Positions 10,320-18,823 of a stretch of 64,000 nucleotides of DNA are shown here, piece after piece (the stretch's first letter is position 1; every line of letters begins with the position of its first letter). This DNA comes from an uncultured virus (IMG/VR IMGVR_UViG_3300044655_000391) (Duplodnaviria > Heunggongvirae > Uroviricota > Caudoviricetes). The translations under genes and the position numbers were made by a program. The notes beneath the pieces were generated by a model. It did not search any database and was not told the origin of the DNA. It worked only from the letters and a program-made list of their open reading frames with translations. The stretch lies in IMG/VR virus record IMGVR_UViG_3300044655_000391. The stretch is one strand, 5' to 3'.

Positions 10320-11030
10320 ATGACAATTAAGTATAAATCAGTATTAGTAATATCGGATCTACATATACCGTATCATCATCCACAGGCTTTTGATTTTCTA
10401 CAAGCCCTTAAAACAAAATATAAGCCAGATCACATAGTCAACATAGGCGATGAATTAGATTGTCATGCAATGTCTATGCATGATAGCGACCCAGATCTTT
10501 ATTCAGCAGGCCATGAATTAGCAGCCTCCATATCTTACATTCAAAAACTTGAAAAGATATTTCCAAAGATGGTGCTTGTCCACTCTAACCATTCATCTAT
10601 GTTGTTTAGACGTGCATTAAAACATGGTGTACCTAAAGGCTACCTTAAAGACTACAATGATTATCTTGGTGTTGGCAGTGGTTGGAAATGGGTGGAAGAT
10701 CACACAATTACTTTAGTTGATGGTTCACGTTGTTTCTTTACTCACGGCCTTTCAGCTGATGTGCTTAAAGTTGCCATGCAATACGGGATGCACACTGTGC
10801 AGGGCCACTACCATACCAAGTTCAGTATCGGATACTATTCCAATCCAGATCAGTTAGTCTGGGGCATGCAAGTGGGATGTTTGATCAATCAGAAGTCAAT
10901 GGCATTTCAATATGCAAAGAATTTTAAGACAAGATTTATTGTAGGTTGCGGTATGATCATCAATGGCCAGCCAAAACTTATGCCTATGATGTTAAATGAA
11001 AATGGTAAATGGATAGGTAAATTACTATGA
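10320..11030 (+). CDS. Calcineurin-like metallophosphoesterase
   Basis: DLH, GDELD, SNH, HG and GHYH motifs. Confidence 0.9.
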   Translation: MTIKYKSVLVISDLHIPYHHPQAFDFLQALKTKYKPDHIVNIGDELDCHAMSMHDSDPDLYSAGHELAASISYIQKLEKIFPKMVLVHSNHSSMLFRRALKHGVPKGYLKDYNDYLGVGSGWKWVEDHTITLVDGSRCFFTHGLSADVLKVAMQYGMHTVQGHYHTKFSIGYYSNPDQLVWGMQVGCLINQKSMAFQYAKNFKTRFIVGCGMIINGQPKLMPMMLNENGKWIGKLL

Positions 11031-11197
11031 ACTACATAATGATAGTTATCATGTTTGGCAATATGTCTGTTGAAACCTACAGTGTAAATTTTGACTCTCA
11101 GCTTACCTGCGAGAATGCAAAAACCGCTATAATAGAAAAGTATGATAATGTTAAACGACCAGGAGTTACCCCTGTAATTTTATGTGTAAGGAAATAG
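11027..11197 (+). CDS. Small hypothetical protein
   Basis: 56-aa ORF with ATGA overlap, hydrophobic N-terminus, two Cys. Confidence 0.5.
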   Translation: MNYIMIVIMFGNMSVETYSVNFDSQLTCENAKTAIIEKYDNVKRPGVTPVILCVRK

Positions 11198-11198
11198 T

Positions 11199-11408
11199 AT
11201 GGCAAGTGAAGCAGGAAAAGGCAGTAAGCAAAGACCCACCAATAAAGAAGCCTATGACGAAGCGTATGATCGTATATGGGGTAAGAAGAAGAATCAATCT
11301 TATAAAGAAAAACCATATAAAGACGGATTTAATTATGACTCAGATGCCGATAGCATCAATGATGTTCGCTACGATATAAACATTCCAACTGATCACTATG
11401 AAGAGTGA
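11199..11408 (+). CDS. Small phage protein (GKGSKQRP motif)
   Basis: AAGGA RBS; coupled to next ORF. Confidence 0.65.
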   Translation: MASEAGKGSKQRPTNKEAYDEAYDRIWGKKKNQSYKEKPYKDGFNYDSDADSINDVRYDINIPTDHYEE

Positions 11409-11559
11409 GGTTCAGTCGCCTTGTATTAAAGTTTGTAAGCTAGAAAATAATCACTGTGTTGGATGCGGTAGATCCAAACATGATATTACTTACTGGAATG
11501 AATACAGCAATGAAAAGAAGTTTAAGATAGTAAGAAAGCTAAAGAAGAATAAAAGATGA
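11398..11559 (+). CDS. DUF1289-family Cys-rich protein
   Basis: Manual translation MKSEVQSPCIKVCKLENNHCVGCGRSKHDITYW; SPC..C..C.GC.R..I..W signature. Confidence 0.8.
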   Translation: MKSEVQSPCIKVCKLENNHCVGCGRSKHDITYWNEYSNEKKFKIVRKLKKNKR

Positions 11560-11661
11560 ATAAACTAGAACCTATCGTGAATGGCATAGTTGTCGCTGCA
11601 ATGATGTATGGTATTTACGGAGTAATTAAGCTTCTAATAGTAGCTTATAAGTTCTTTTAAA

Positions 11662-12276
11662 TTACCAAAACATATTCAATACGCCATTAATCCGTATTAA
11701 ATGTCCCTGCAATGTAATCCTGTAATCGCCTTCAACATAATCTTTTAATCCAGCAATCCTATGTAATACAGTTCCATCATGGCCTATGATCTCTTTCTCT
11801 TCATAAGGCAGATACTTTTCCTCTCCGTCTTCAATATAATCCATACCACCGCCACCTGTAGGTAGTTTAATTGCTACTGTAAAAGCATAGGGATCAATAC
11901 TGCCCAAGTTTAAAGTAAGATGCGGGTAGTCTTTATGCCAAAGGCCTGCATGGGTGAGCAGGAATGGGCTTGAAGCGAAGATGTGAAAGGATGGGTGAGC
12001 TAGGGAATAGTTGAGCTTGATTGGCTCTTTGAACTGATCTGATAAGTAATCAATAATGATATCATATGTGTCGCCAAACTTCTCACGGAGTATGGGATTT
12101 AATATCTTAATCTCTTGTTTGTATTCTGGAGTCTTGCCGTCTAGGTAAGCATTTCTTCCAAGCGTATAGAAGGCAAATTCATTTGATCTGGATACCCAAT
12201 ACTTCTGAAGCCTAAAGACTTTATCAGCTATCTCTTCCGTATTGATATCTAGTTTGTGAGAAATAAAAGGGGTCAT
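11662..12276 (-). CDS. 2OG-Fe(II) dioxygenase-like protein
   Basis: WHKD (HxD), distal H (LHRI) and R (YRITLQG) of the double-stranded beta-helix fold. Confidence 0.7.
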   Translation of the reverse strand: MTPFISHKLDINTEEIADKVFRLQKYWVSRSNEFAFYTLGRNAYLDGKTPEYKQEIKILNPILREKFGDTYDIIIDYLSDQFKEPIKLNYSLAHPSFHIFASSPFLLTHAGLWHKDYPHLTLNLGSIDPYAFTVAIKLPTGGGGMDYIEDGEEKYLPYEEKEIIGHDGTVLHRIAGLKDYVEGDYRITLQGHLIRINGVLNMFW

Positions 12277-12318
12277 AGACCCCTATTATATACTAATAAC
12301 AATCTGTTACGATGACCA

Positions 12319-12390
12319 TTATTTGTTCATTACGTACATAGTTACTTCAAAGCCAAAACGCATTTCTGTAGCTGCTGGAGTTGTCCACAT
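12319..12390 (-). CDS. pqqA: Pyrroloquinoline quinone precursor peptide PqqA (23 aa)
   Basis: MWTTPAATEMRFGFEVTMYVMNK with ExxxY (EVTMY) core; AAGGA RBS upstream; true start is inside the listed 76-aa ORF. Confidence 0.95.
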   Translation of the reverse strand: MWTTPAATEMRFGFEVTMYVMNK

Positions 12391-12429
12391 AATATTTTCC
12401 TTTGTATATAAAAAAGATCTATTTTTGCT

Positions 12430-12477
12430 ATACAAACACCTTTGTATGTAATTTACTCCATACAAGCTAGTTTGTAT
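12430..12477. promoter_or_regulatory. Tandem palindromic operator-like sites upstream of pqqA
   Basis: ATACAAA-cacc-TTTGTAT and ATACAAG-ctag-TTTGTAT, 30 bp apart; extra half-site at ~12500. Confidence 0.5.
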
Positions 12478-12591
12478 TGAATATAATGCGCCTTTTGCTA
12501 TACAAAGTCCTCCATAAAACCATGAAAAATGCCTAATTCTATATAACATTTAGTTATATACAACTATTTCTATATAACTTTTACAAATATG

Positions 12592-12620
12592 TTGACACAG
12601 ATATACGGATTTGCTATAGT
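12592..12620 (+). promoter_or_regulatory. Strong sigma70 promoter
   Basis: TTGACA-17 bp-TATAGT. Confidence 0.85.
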
Positions 12621-12626
12621 TTCGTT

Positions 12627-12743
12627 GTGAGTCCCTTTCCTCACACGATCCTTTACATTTGCTTCTCTCTCTCGTAATGGTCAACCCTCGGTGTCCCTCG
12701 CACCTTTAAAACCCTTAGATTAAAACCTAGGGGTTTTTCTTTT
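12627..12743 (+). ncRNA. Candidate small RNA (~115 nt) with pyrimidine-rich anti-Shine-Dalgarno loops
   Basis: Bounded by a near-consensus promoter and an intrinsic terminator; no ORF; hairpins GUGAG-UCCCUUUC-CUCAC and GGUG-UCCCUCG-CACC. Confidence 0.65.
12708..12743 (+). terminator. Rho-independent terminator
   Basis: AAAACCCTTAG-loop-CTAGGGGTTTT followed by TCTTTT. Confidence 0.8.
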
Positions 12744-12750
12744 ATACCCC

Positions 12751-12779
12751 TTGCTTTTTGTTTTAAACAGGAGTAAATT
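12751..12779 (+). promoter_or_regulatory. Sigma70 promoter of the replication operon leader
   Basis: TTGCTT-17 bp-TAAATT. Confidence 0.55.
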
Positions 12780-12785
12780 TATAAA

Positions 12786-13095
12786 TGAGAGATGTGAATG
12801 CAAAGGTGATAAGAGAACGTTCGTTCTTTTTTCCCCTATCTATTCGCATCTTTCCGTACTCCAAACGTTATCAATGAACCTACATGGGTTGCGTGGAATA
12901 ATACATAGGCCTTGTTACACCCGCAAGCGAGCCTCGTGAACTTAAATGGGTATCACACAAGCTATGTTGCCACGGGGTGACTTGCCAACATCATAGCGAT
13001 TGAACATTAACTCTGTGTAGGACTGGTATTGGGTAGCTTCTATTGCTCAATGTGGGTCAAAGGTGTGTCCATCTCACCCTTGGCGGAGCTATCTT
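12786..13095 (+). ncRNA. Candidate structured RNA or replication-origin element (~310 nt)
   Basis: No convincing ORF; stems 12789-99/12842-52, 12911-15/12957-61, 12961-66/12992-97, 13032-40/13085-93, 13058-65/13075-82. Confidence 0.5.
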
Positions 13096-13116
13096 CAAAA
13101 ACAAAGAAAGGATCAT

Positions 13117-13290
13117 ATGAGCTTTGAAAAAAGAAAACAAGATGGCTTTTTAACCAAGAAGCTTGCGGAAGAATTAAAGTTGTATCATACTACTCCTGAG
13201 GAACTAAATCCCGTTAGAAAGATGGCAATAGATTATATGCTTTCTGATAGCTGGAAGAATTACAAAACATATAAGGGAATCCCACAATGA
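13117..13290 (+). CDS. Hypothetical protein (MSFEKRKQ...)
   Basis: AAGGA RBS before ATG 13117. Confidence 0.6.
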   Translation: MSFEKRKQDGFLTKKLAEELKLYHTTPEELNPVRKMAIDYMLSDSWKNYKTYKGIPQ

Positions 13291-13460
13291 ACTTCACACA
13301 CGCAGTTGTTGATGATGGCGATATCATCAGGAAATATCGCTGGTCAAAAAGAGAAGCTAAATGGTACAAAGATTCACATCCTGATATAGATGTGATAGAG
13401 TTACCTAAAACACCAAAAGAAGTGTTTAACACAAATGATTACGAGGAGGCACCATACTAA
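13287..13460 (+). CDS. Hypothetical protein (MNFTHAVVDDG...)
   Basis: Manual ORF coupled on both sides. Confidence 0.6.
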   Translation: MNFTHAVVDDGDIIRKYRWSKREAKWYKDSHPDIDVIELPKTPKEVFNTNDYEEAPY

Positions 13461-13628
13461 TGGGCGAAGCATATCACAAAAAATATTTAACGACTGAACA
13501 GGTAATAGAAATCAAGAGGGCATTAAAGACTATGCCTATTCCTAAAGTAGCTAAAGCATTTAATCTCAAGCCACACAATGTAAGAAACATATATCTTGGT
13601 ATCTCATATAGAACGGTAGGCGAGTAAT
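13460..13628 (+). CDS. Small HTH DNA-binding protein
   Basis: LTTEQVIEIK...KVAKAFNL...VRNI resembles the HTH tail of HNH endonucleases; GGAGG RBS. Confidence 0.55.
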
Positions 13629-13785
13629 GGCTGACACAAAGAAAACAATCATAGTTGAAAATGTTTTGGTTAAGGGGTATATTAAACACGCTAATGGCAA
13701 AAAGACTATGTTTGAATTTAACAAGCAAGACTTTAAACCATCATCATTCGAGAAAATATTTCAGGAAGTAGGCAGTAAGTTTTAA
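13628..13785 (+). CDS. Hypothetical protein (MADTKKTII...)
   Basis: Manual ORF with TAATG coupling; ends approximate. Confidence 0.5.
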
Positions 13786-14012
13786 TGTATACAAAATTAG
13801 ATGATATGAAGATGGCAAAAAAGATTCTTGACTATATGGAAAAGAATCCAAGCGCTTTAAGAGGACAGATTACAAAAGATTGCTTTACAAATATGCGTAG
13901 GTTGAGACAATTAGAAGCAGAAGGATATCTTAATATCCCAGCACCTATGCCAAGAGGGATTAGGAATAGGGAATACTATGCGAACAAAGCCGTTCAATCA
14001 GAAAGTCCATGA
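13785..14012 (+). CDS. Winged-helix-like protein
   Basis: KILDYM...RLRQLEAEGYL. Confidence 0.55.
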   Translation: MYTKLDDMKMAKKILDYMEKNPSALRGQITKDCFTNMRRLRQLEAEGYLNIPAPMPRGIRNREYYANKAVQSESP

Positions 14013-14400
14013 TGCCTGCGATCCTCCCGCAAGAGAGGCAGTAAGTAGATATATCAAAGCAACATGGGATATGAATGCATGGCATAACCCTGATCAATAC
14101 GCAGTTGATCTCATCATAGAAAAGAACAAAGAACTTATTGGCTACGCAGAGATTGAGATGCGTGACTGGGATCATTGTCCGTTTAAAACTATCCATATAC
14201 CCAAGCGTAAAGATAAACTATTCAACAACGATAAGAGAACAATCTATTTTGTTGTGTCAAGGGGTATGAGCAAAGCTTGGTATATAGATACTGATGTGAT
14301 TAAAAATTCATCAGTGCATGAGATACCTAACAAAGCAGTTAGTCAAGGGGAATATTTTTATGATGTGCCTACATACCTATTCACCGAAATAAGTTTGTAG
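13978..14400 (+). CDS. Putative PD-(D/E)XK endonuclease
   Basis: YAVDLI...YAEIEMR pattern. Confidence 0.6.
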   Translation: MRTKPFNQKVHDACDPPAREAVSRYIKATWDMNAWHNPDQYAVDLIIEKNKELIGYAEIEMRDWDHCPFKTIHIPKRKDKLFNNDKRTIYFVVSRGMSKAWYIDTDVIKNSSVHEIPNKAVSQGEYFYDVPTYLFTEISL

Positions 14401-14413
14401 CATACAATTATAA

Positions 14414-14713
14414 ATGAGAGACAATAAACCCCAATACACTGATCTTGAACATAGGATATTAGAACTATCCGATGTCATTGACATGTTAAATGAAGAGAAC
14501 ATTCATCTCAAAGATATTATTGCCTCTCAACAATGGAACGCAACTGAATTTGAAAAAGATTATATATTGCATGAGATCACTGCCTTGAGAAAGCAATTAT
14601 TAGTATTAGAAAAGAGTGAGTCAAGTGCCATAGCAAGTCGAGATATGTTTCAAGACAGGAATGCAGAATTACTAAAACAACTTGCGTATTATAAGAAGCT
14701 CCAAAAAGCTTAG
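14414..14713 (+). CDS. Coiled-coil hypothetical protein
   Basis: ORF upstream of helicase. Confidence 0.65.
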   Translation: MRDNKPQYTDLEHRILELSDVIDMLNEENIHLKDIIASQQWNATEFEKDYILHEITALRKQLLVLEKSESSAIASRDMFQDRNAELLKQLAYYKKLQKA

Positions 14714-14751
14714 CCCACCCCAGAGGGTATCTGGATGTTAAAAGGATAATT

Positions 14752-16239
14752 ATGTTAGAACTACGAGAACACCAACAAGGTGTCATAGATGCATTGCGTC
14801 AGGGATTTAAAGAGGGTCACAGAACACAACTACTATACGCTCCAACAGGATTTGGCAAGACAGAAGTAGCTATCTACTTAATGGAGGCTACAAGAAAGAA
14901 AGATAACAGATCAGCAATGATCTTAGATCGTATCGTCTTAGTAGATCAAACATCACAACGATTAGAGAAGTATGATATCAATCATGGTGTCCACCAAGCT
15001 GATCATTGGAAATACAACACATCAGAACTTATTCAGATATGCTCATCTCAAACATTAGAGCGTAGACAAGACTTTCCTAAGATGGATGTCCTCATCATAG
15101 ATGAATGCCACATTACTCGAAAACAGATCAATGAATTAATCAAAAACAATCCAAGACTTAAAGTCATAGGCTTAACTGCTACTCCATTTACAAAAGGCTT
15201 AGGCACTTTGTATTCTAATGTTGTATGCGGATCAACTACACAATCATTAGTCATCAATAAATGGTTAGCCCCTTTGAAAGTTTATATTGCCAAAGAGATT
15301 GACATGAAGGGCGCTAAGAAGATTGCGGGTGAGTGGTCGCCTGATGTCGTGACAGAGCGAGGCATGAGGATTACAGGTGATATCGTTCAGGAATGGATTA
15401 AAAAGACGCATGAGGTATTCGGCAAGCCACGCAAGACTATAGTATTTTGTGCGGGAGTAGCGCATGGTCAAGACTTAGTTAAGCAGTTTGCCGAGAAAGG
15501 ATACAACTTTGTATCTATCTCATATAAAGAAACAAGCGAATTCAAGAAGGAAGTCATTGAAGACTTTAGCAGACCTGATACAGAGATACATGGCCTTATT
15601 GCTACAGATATCTTAACTCGTGGATTTGATGTCCCTGATGTTATGATCGGAGTGTCAGCTAGACCATTTAGCAAGTCATTAAGTTCACATATTCAACAGA
15701 TGGGTAGAGTCATGCGCCCATGTCAAGACAAAGAGTTTGCCTTATGGTTAGATCACTCAGGTAATTACATCCGTTTTCGTAATGAATGGGAAGAGGTTTA
15801 CCAAGAAGGTGTTAAAGACTTAGATGAAAGCAAGGTTGAACACGCTCACAAAGAGCCAACAGAACGAGAAAAAAAGGAAGCTAAATGTCCTTCATGCTCT
15901 GCATTGTGGGAACATGGATCAGAGGAATGCTATTCTTGCGGATATGTTAGGAAGAAAAAGCAATTTGGTTCATTAGCGGGTGAGATGCATGAGTTAGGTA
16001 TGAATGGCAGAGATGATGTAAGACGCAGACAACAATTCTTCTCTGAGTTATTATATGTAGCTAAGAATAAAAACTATAGTCCTAATTGGGCAAGCCATAA
16101 GTATCGTGAGAAGTATGGTGTATGGCCTAGAGATTTAGTGTTTAGAACAGACGCACCATCTATTGCTACTATGAATTGGATAAAGTCAAGAATGATTGCC
16201 TATAGTAAAGCTAATAAAAAAGATAGGAAAGTAGCATGA
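14752..16239 (+). CDS. Superfamily 2 DNA helicase (RadD/YejH-like) with C-terminal Zn finger
   Basis: APTGFGKT, IIDECH, GLTATP, RGFDVP, QMGRVMR, CPSC...CYSC. Confidence 0.95.
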   Translation: MLELREHQQGVIDALRQGFKEGHRTQLLYAPTGFGKTEVAIYLMEATRKKDNRSAMILDRIVLVDQTSQRLEKYDINHGVHQADHWKYNTSELIQICSSQTLERRQDFPKMDVLIIDECHITRKQINELIKNNPRLKVIGLTATPFTKGLGTLYSNVVCGSTTQSLVINKWLAPLKVYIAKEIDMKGAKKIAGEWSPDVVTERGMRITGDIVQEWIKKTHEVFGKPRKTIVFCAGVAHGQDLVKQFAEKGYNFVSISYKETSEFKKEVIEDFSRPDTEIHGLIATDILTRGFDVPDVMIGVSARPFSKSLSSHIQQMGRVMRPCQDKEFALWLDHSGNYIRFRNEWEEVYQEGVKDLDESKVEHAHKEPTEREKKEAKCPSCSALWEHGSEECYSCGYVRKKKQFGSLAGEMHELGMNGRDDVRRRQQFFSELLYVAKNKNYSPNWASHKYREKYGVWPRDLVFRTDAPSIATMNWIKSRMIAYSKANKKDRKVA

Positions 16240-17069
16240 GATTTGAAGACTTTGCAAGGATACATGGTTTAATCATTGATAGTGTTATACCCCATAGACA
16301 AGTAAGAACACCCACAGAAGACCACCCAAGAAGCAGGAACGGCTCTTATAAATTCTTAGGTGATGTAGGCTTTGTTATGAATTGGGCTACGATGGAAGAG
16401 CCAGCAGTTTGGTTTCCCGACAAACAAACCGCCTCATTCGCAGTATTGAAAAAGAGTTCAGTCGATCACGCTAAGGAACGGGAACGCCTAGCTAAGAAAG
16501 CTAGTGATAAGGCGGGTTGGATATTGCACCAATGTAAACAAGAAACCCACCCATATCTAGCATCTAAAGGATTTCCAGATGAGTTAGGTAATGTCTGGAC
16601 TAAGGATAATGAGCGAATTTTAGTTATACCCATGCGGATCGACAAACGACTTACGGGTTGTCAGCTCATCAATAACGAGGGGGTCAAGAAGTTCCTGTAT
16701 GGTCAAACGACTAAAGGGGCAACTCTCACTATGAACGCAAAGGGACTCCCCATCTTTTGCGAAGGGTATGCTACCGCTCTTAGTGTCAGAGAAGCCATGA
16801 TCGCTAACAATGTCAAGTATTCTATCCACATCTGCTTTAGCGCATCTAATATGAAGTTCATAGCAGGGAAGTTCCCCTACGGACTCATCATTGCCGATAA
16901 CGATCACTCCCATGTTGGTGAGACTACCGCTAGGAAAACAGGCAAGCCTTACTGGCTCTCTCCCGCAGTCTCCGAAGATTTTAATGACTTTCATAAACGA
17001 GTAGGCACATTTAAGGCCTCTCAATCCCTTAAAAAGAAGTTAATAGAGATAGGTAGCTTGGTGATCTAA
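16236..17069 (+). CDS. Toprim-domain primase
   Basis: HPYL..KG, CEGYATA, IADND, DFND. Confidence 0.9.
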   Translation: MRFEDFARIHGLIIDSVIPHRQVRTPTEDHPRSRNGSYKFLGDVGFVMNWATMEEPAVWFPDKQTASFAVLKKSSVDHAKERERLAKKASDKAGWILHQCKQETHPYLASKGFPDELGNVWTKDNERILVIPMRIDKRLTGCQLINNEGVKKFLYGQTTKGATLTMNAKGLPIFCEGYATALSVREAMIANNVKYSIHICFSASNMKFIAGKFPYGLIIADNDHSHVGETTARKTGKPYWLSPAVSEDFNDFHKRVGTFKASQSLKKKLIEIGSLVI

Positions 17070-17084
17070 ACTACCTACGATAGA

Positions 17085-17465
17085 TCAATAAAAGTAAAGA
17101 TTATTGACTTGGGCTAACAAAGGTTTCTTAAACACATTCTCTTTTGGGTGTATTCTGCTATCGTGAAAGAATTTAGAATGCCCAACGGGATTATGCGTAT
17201 AACCTTTTTGTTTCGTTAGAAATTTAACCGCTTGTAGCTTATAAGTCAGTAATTGAATATGCGTTGGTTCTTTAGCTTTACCTTTTTGTATTAAGGTTAT
17301 ATATTCAAATTGCTTAGGCTCGTAAACTACATCACATACTTTGCTTATTGTCTTGGCTCGGTTCATAACTACATTATAAACCGCCTGTTGATTAGCAAAA
17401 TCCCCACCCGCTTCACCGAATAATACAAGTGCTAGGCAAGTGCTTGCTAGTTCTAGTTCTACCAT
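17085..17465 (-). CDS. Cell wall hydrolase (SleB / Hydrolase_2 family)
   Basis: CLALVLFGEAGG...AVYNVVMNR...CDVVYEPKQF. Confidence 0.85.
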   Translation of the reverse strand: MVELELASTCLALVLFGEAGGDFANQQAVYNVVMNRAKTISKVCDVVYEPKQFEYITLIQKGKAKEPTHIQLLTYKLQAVKFLTKQKGYTHNPVGHSKFFHDSRIHPKENVFKKPLLAQVNNLYFY

Positions 17466-17566
17466 AAATAGTCCTCTTTGTTATTATGGAATGCACAGAG
17501 TATCAGTATTATCAAGGGTTTCAAAGCATACAGGGTCATAAATGTATGCTAAAATAAGCCTTATGG

Positions 17567-17791
17567 CTATCCCTTTACCTCGACAATCCTAAACTCTTCC
17601 CTGTCAGGCACATCAGCTATATTGCCTTTTATGAAGTCCTCTCTCATCTGATAAAAGAAGTCATCTAAATCATCTTCTGCATCTTGCTTGGTATCATATG
17701 TTGTAGCGACTGAAGTTCCGTCATCATCTTCCCATGACCATGTATTAGTCCAGCCACCACATAAACACCATTCTTGAATTTCGTAAGCCAT
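17567..17791 (-). CDS. Small acidic hypothetical protein
   Basis: GGAGGG RBS; GWTNTW motif. Confidence 0.7.
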   Translation of the reverse strand: MAYEIQEWCLCGGWTNTWSWEDDDGTSVATTYDTKQDAEDDLDDFFYQMREDFIKGNIADVPDREEFRIVEVKG

Positions 17792-17799
17792 ATACCCTC

Positions 17800-17991
17800 C
17801 TAGTGTGAATTAGTATTGGCTTCTTGATCCGAAGCCCATTGATCTGTGCAATTATCAAATCTTCTCATGCACTCCTCTGCAATAGCAGTCATAAGTTTAA
17901 GATAGTCATTACCCTCAACTCCTTCAATCTCATCTGCATCTTGTAAAGCATTTATTACATTTTCATATATCTCGAATGCTCTGTTGTTCAT
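17800..17991 (-). CDS. Small acidic hypothetical protein (MNNRAFEIY...)
   Basis: AAGGGG RBS before ATG 17991. Confidence 0.65.
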   Translation of the reverse strand: MNNRAFEIYENVINALQDADEIEGVEGNDYLKLMTAIAEECMRRFDNCTDQWASDQEANTNSH

Positions 17992-18277
17992 TATTTGCCC
18001 CTTTAAAGTAAAATTCATACTCTTCCCAAAACTCTTTTGCACTATTGATCTGAATATATTCACTATGAGTTTCGTTGTAATTATCTTGTGTTGCCCATAC
18101 AATCCTGAAGCCTAAATCTAAAAAATCACCATCTTCCTCAGGGTCATAATCTGTGTCATAGTTCATATTCTCAACCTTGCCCCAACCATCACTTCTAAAC
18201 CATTCAAAAGCAGTTTGATCTGCCATAGCCTGTGCTAAAGCATAAGCATTGGCCTCTGTTATTTTCTCACTCATCAT
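17963..18277 (-). CDS. Acidic hypothetical protein
   Basis: ORF track; D/E-rich. Confidence 0.7.
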   Translation of the reverse strand: MMSEKITEANAYALAQAMADQTAFEWFRSDGWGKVENMNYDTDYDPEEDGDFLDLGFRIVWATQDNYNETHSEYIQINSAKEFWEEYEFYFKGANNEQQSIRDI

Positions 18278-18683
18278 CTTTCTCCTCTATTTCTTCAACC
18301 ACCCATCTTTCTTCTGTTGTCCATTCACAATATCTACAACCCGATAGATTGATAACCTCTATCCAATCCTCATCACCATATGCTTTTTTAATATCATTAT
18401 AATTTCTTTGATCTGCATATAAATCTTCAATGTCGCCTAAATATCCATCACAAGCATGATCTACATCATGGGGGCAATTACCACCACAATATTCACACTC
18501 ATCATCTTCTTCTATTGGTGTGTAATCATCTTCTACCGCTTCCATACACCAATCAGCAACACCTTTTGCGGTATCCCAAAAATTTAATTCAGCATCATCT
18601 TCGTCCCATACATGAACCCATGTTTCTTCATAAGCCTTAATCTTCTTGCCTGTTTCTATATTTGCATAGATATTACTCATCAT
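18267..18683 (-). CDS. Highly acidic protein with CxxCxxxC...C motif
   Basis: CEYCGGNCPHDVDHAC; RBS GAGGAAAGGGA. Confidence 0.7.
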   Translation of the reverse strand: MMSNIYANIETGKKIKAYEETWVHVWDEDDAELNFWDTAKGVADWCMEAVEDDYTPIEEDDECEYCGGNCPHDVDHACDGYLGDIEDLYADQRNYNDIKKAYGDEDWIEVINLSGCRYCEWTTEERWVVEEIEEKDDE

Positions 18684-18823
18684 TTTCCCTTTCCTCTTCT
18701 AATGTATCAAAAAAATACTGAATATCTCTAACAATATGATCGGGTATTTCATCTACGCTTTCTACTTCATGCGGATTATCTGACCACCTTATTGTCAAGT
18801 CCCAACTAATTACCTTGTTAGGA

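Noticed and set aside
12319..12549. 76-aa ORF as listed in the track
   Set aside because: Only the last 23 codons (pqqA) have an RBS and a recognisable product; the upstream part is AT-rich regulatory DNA
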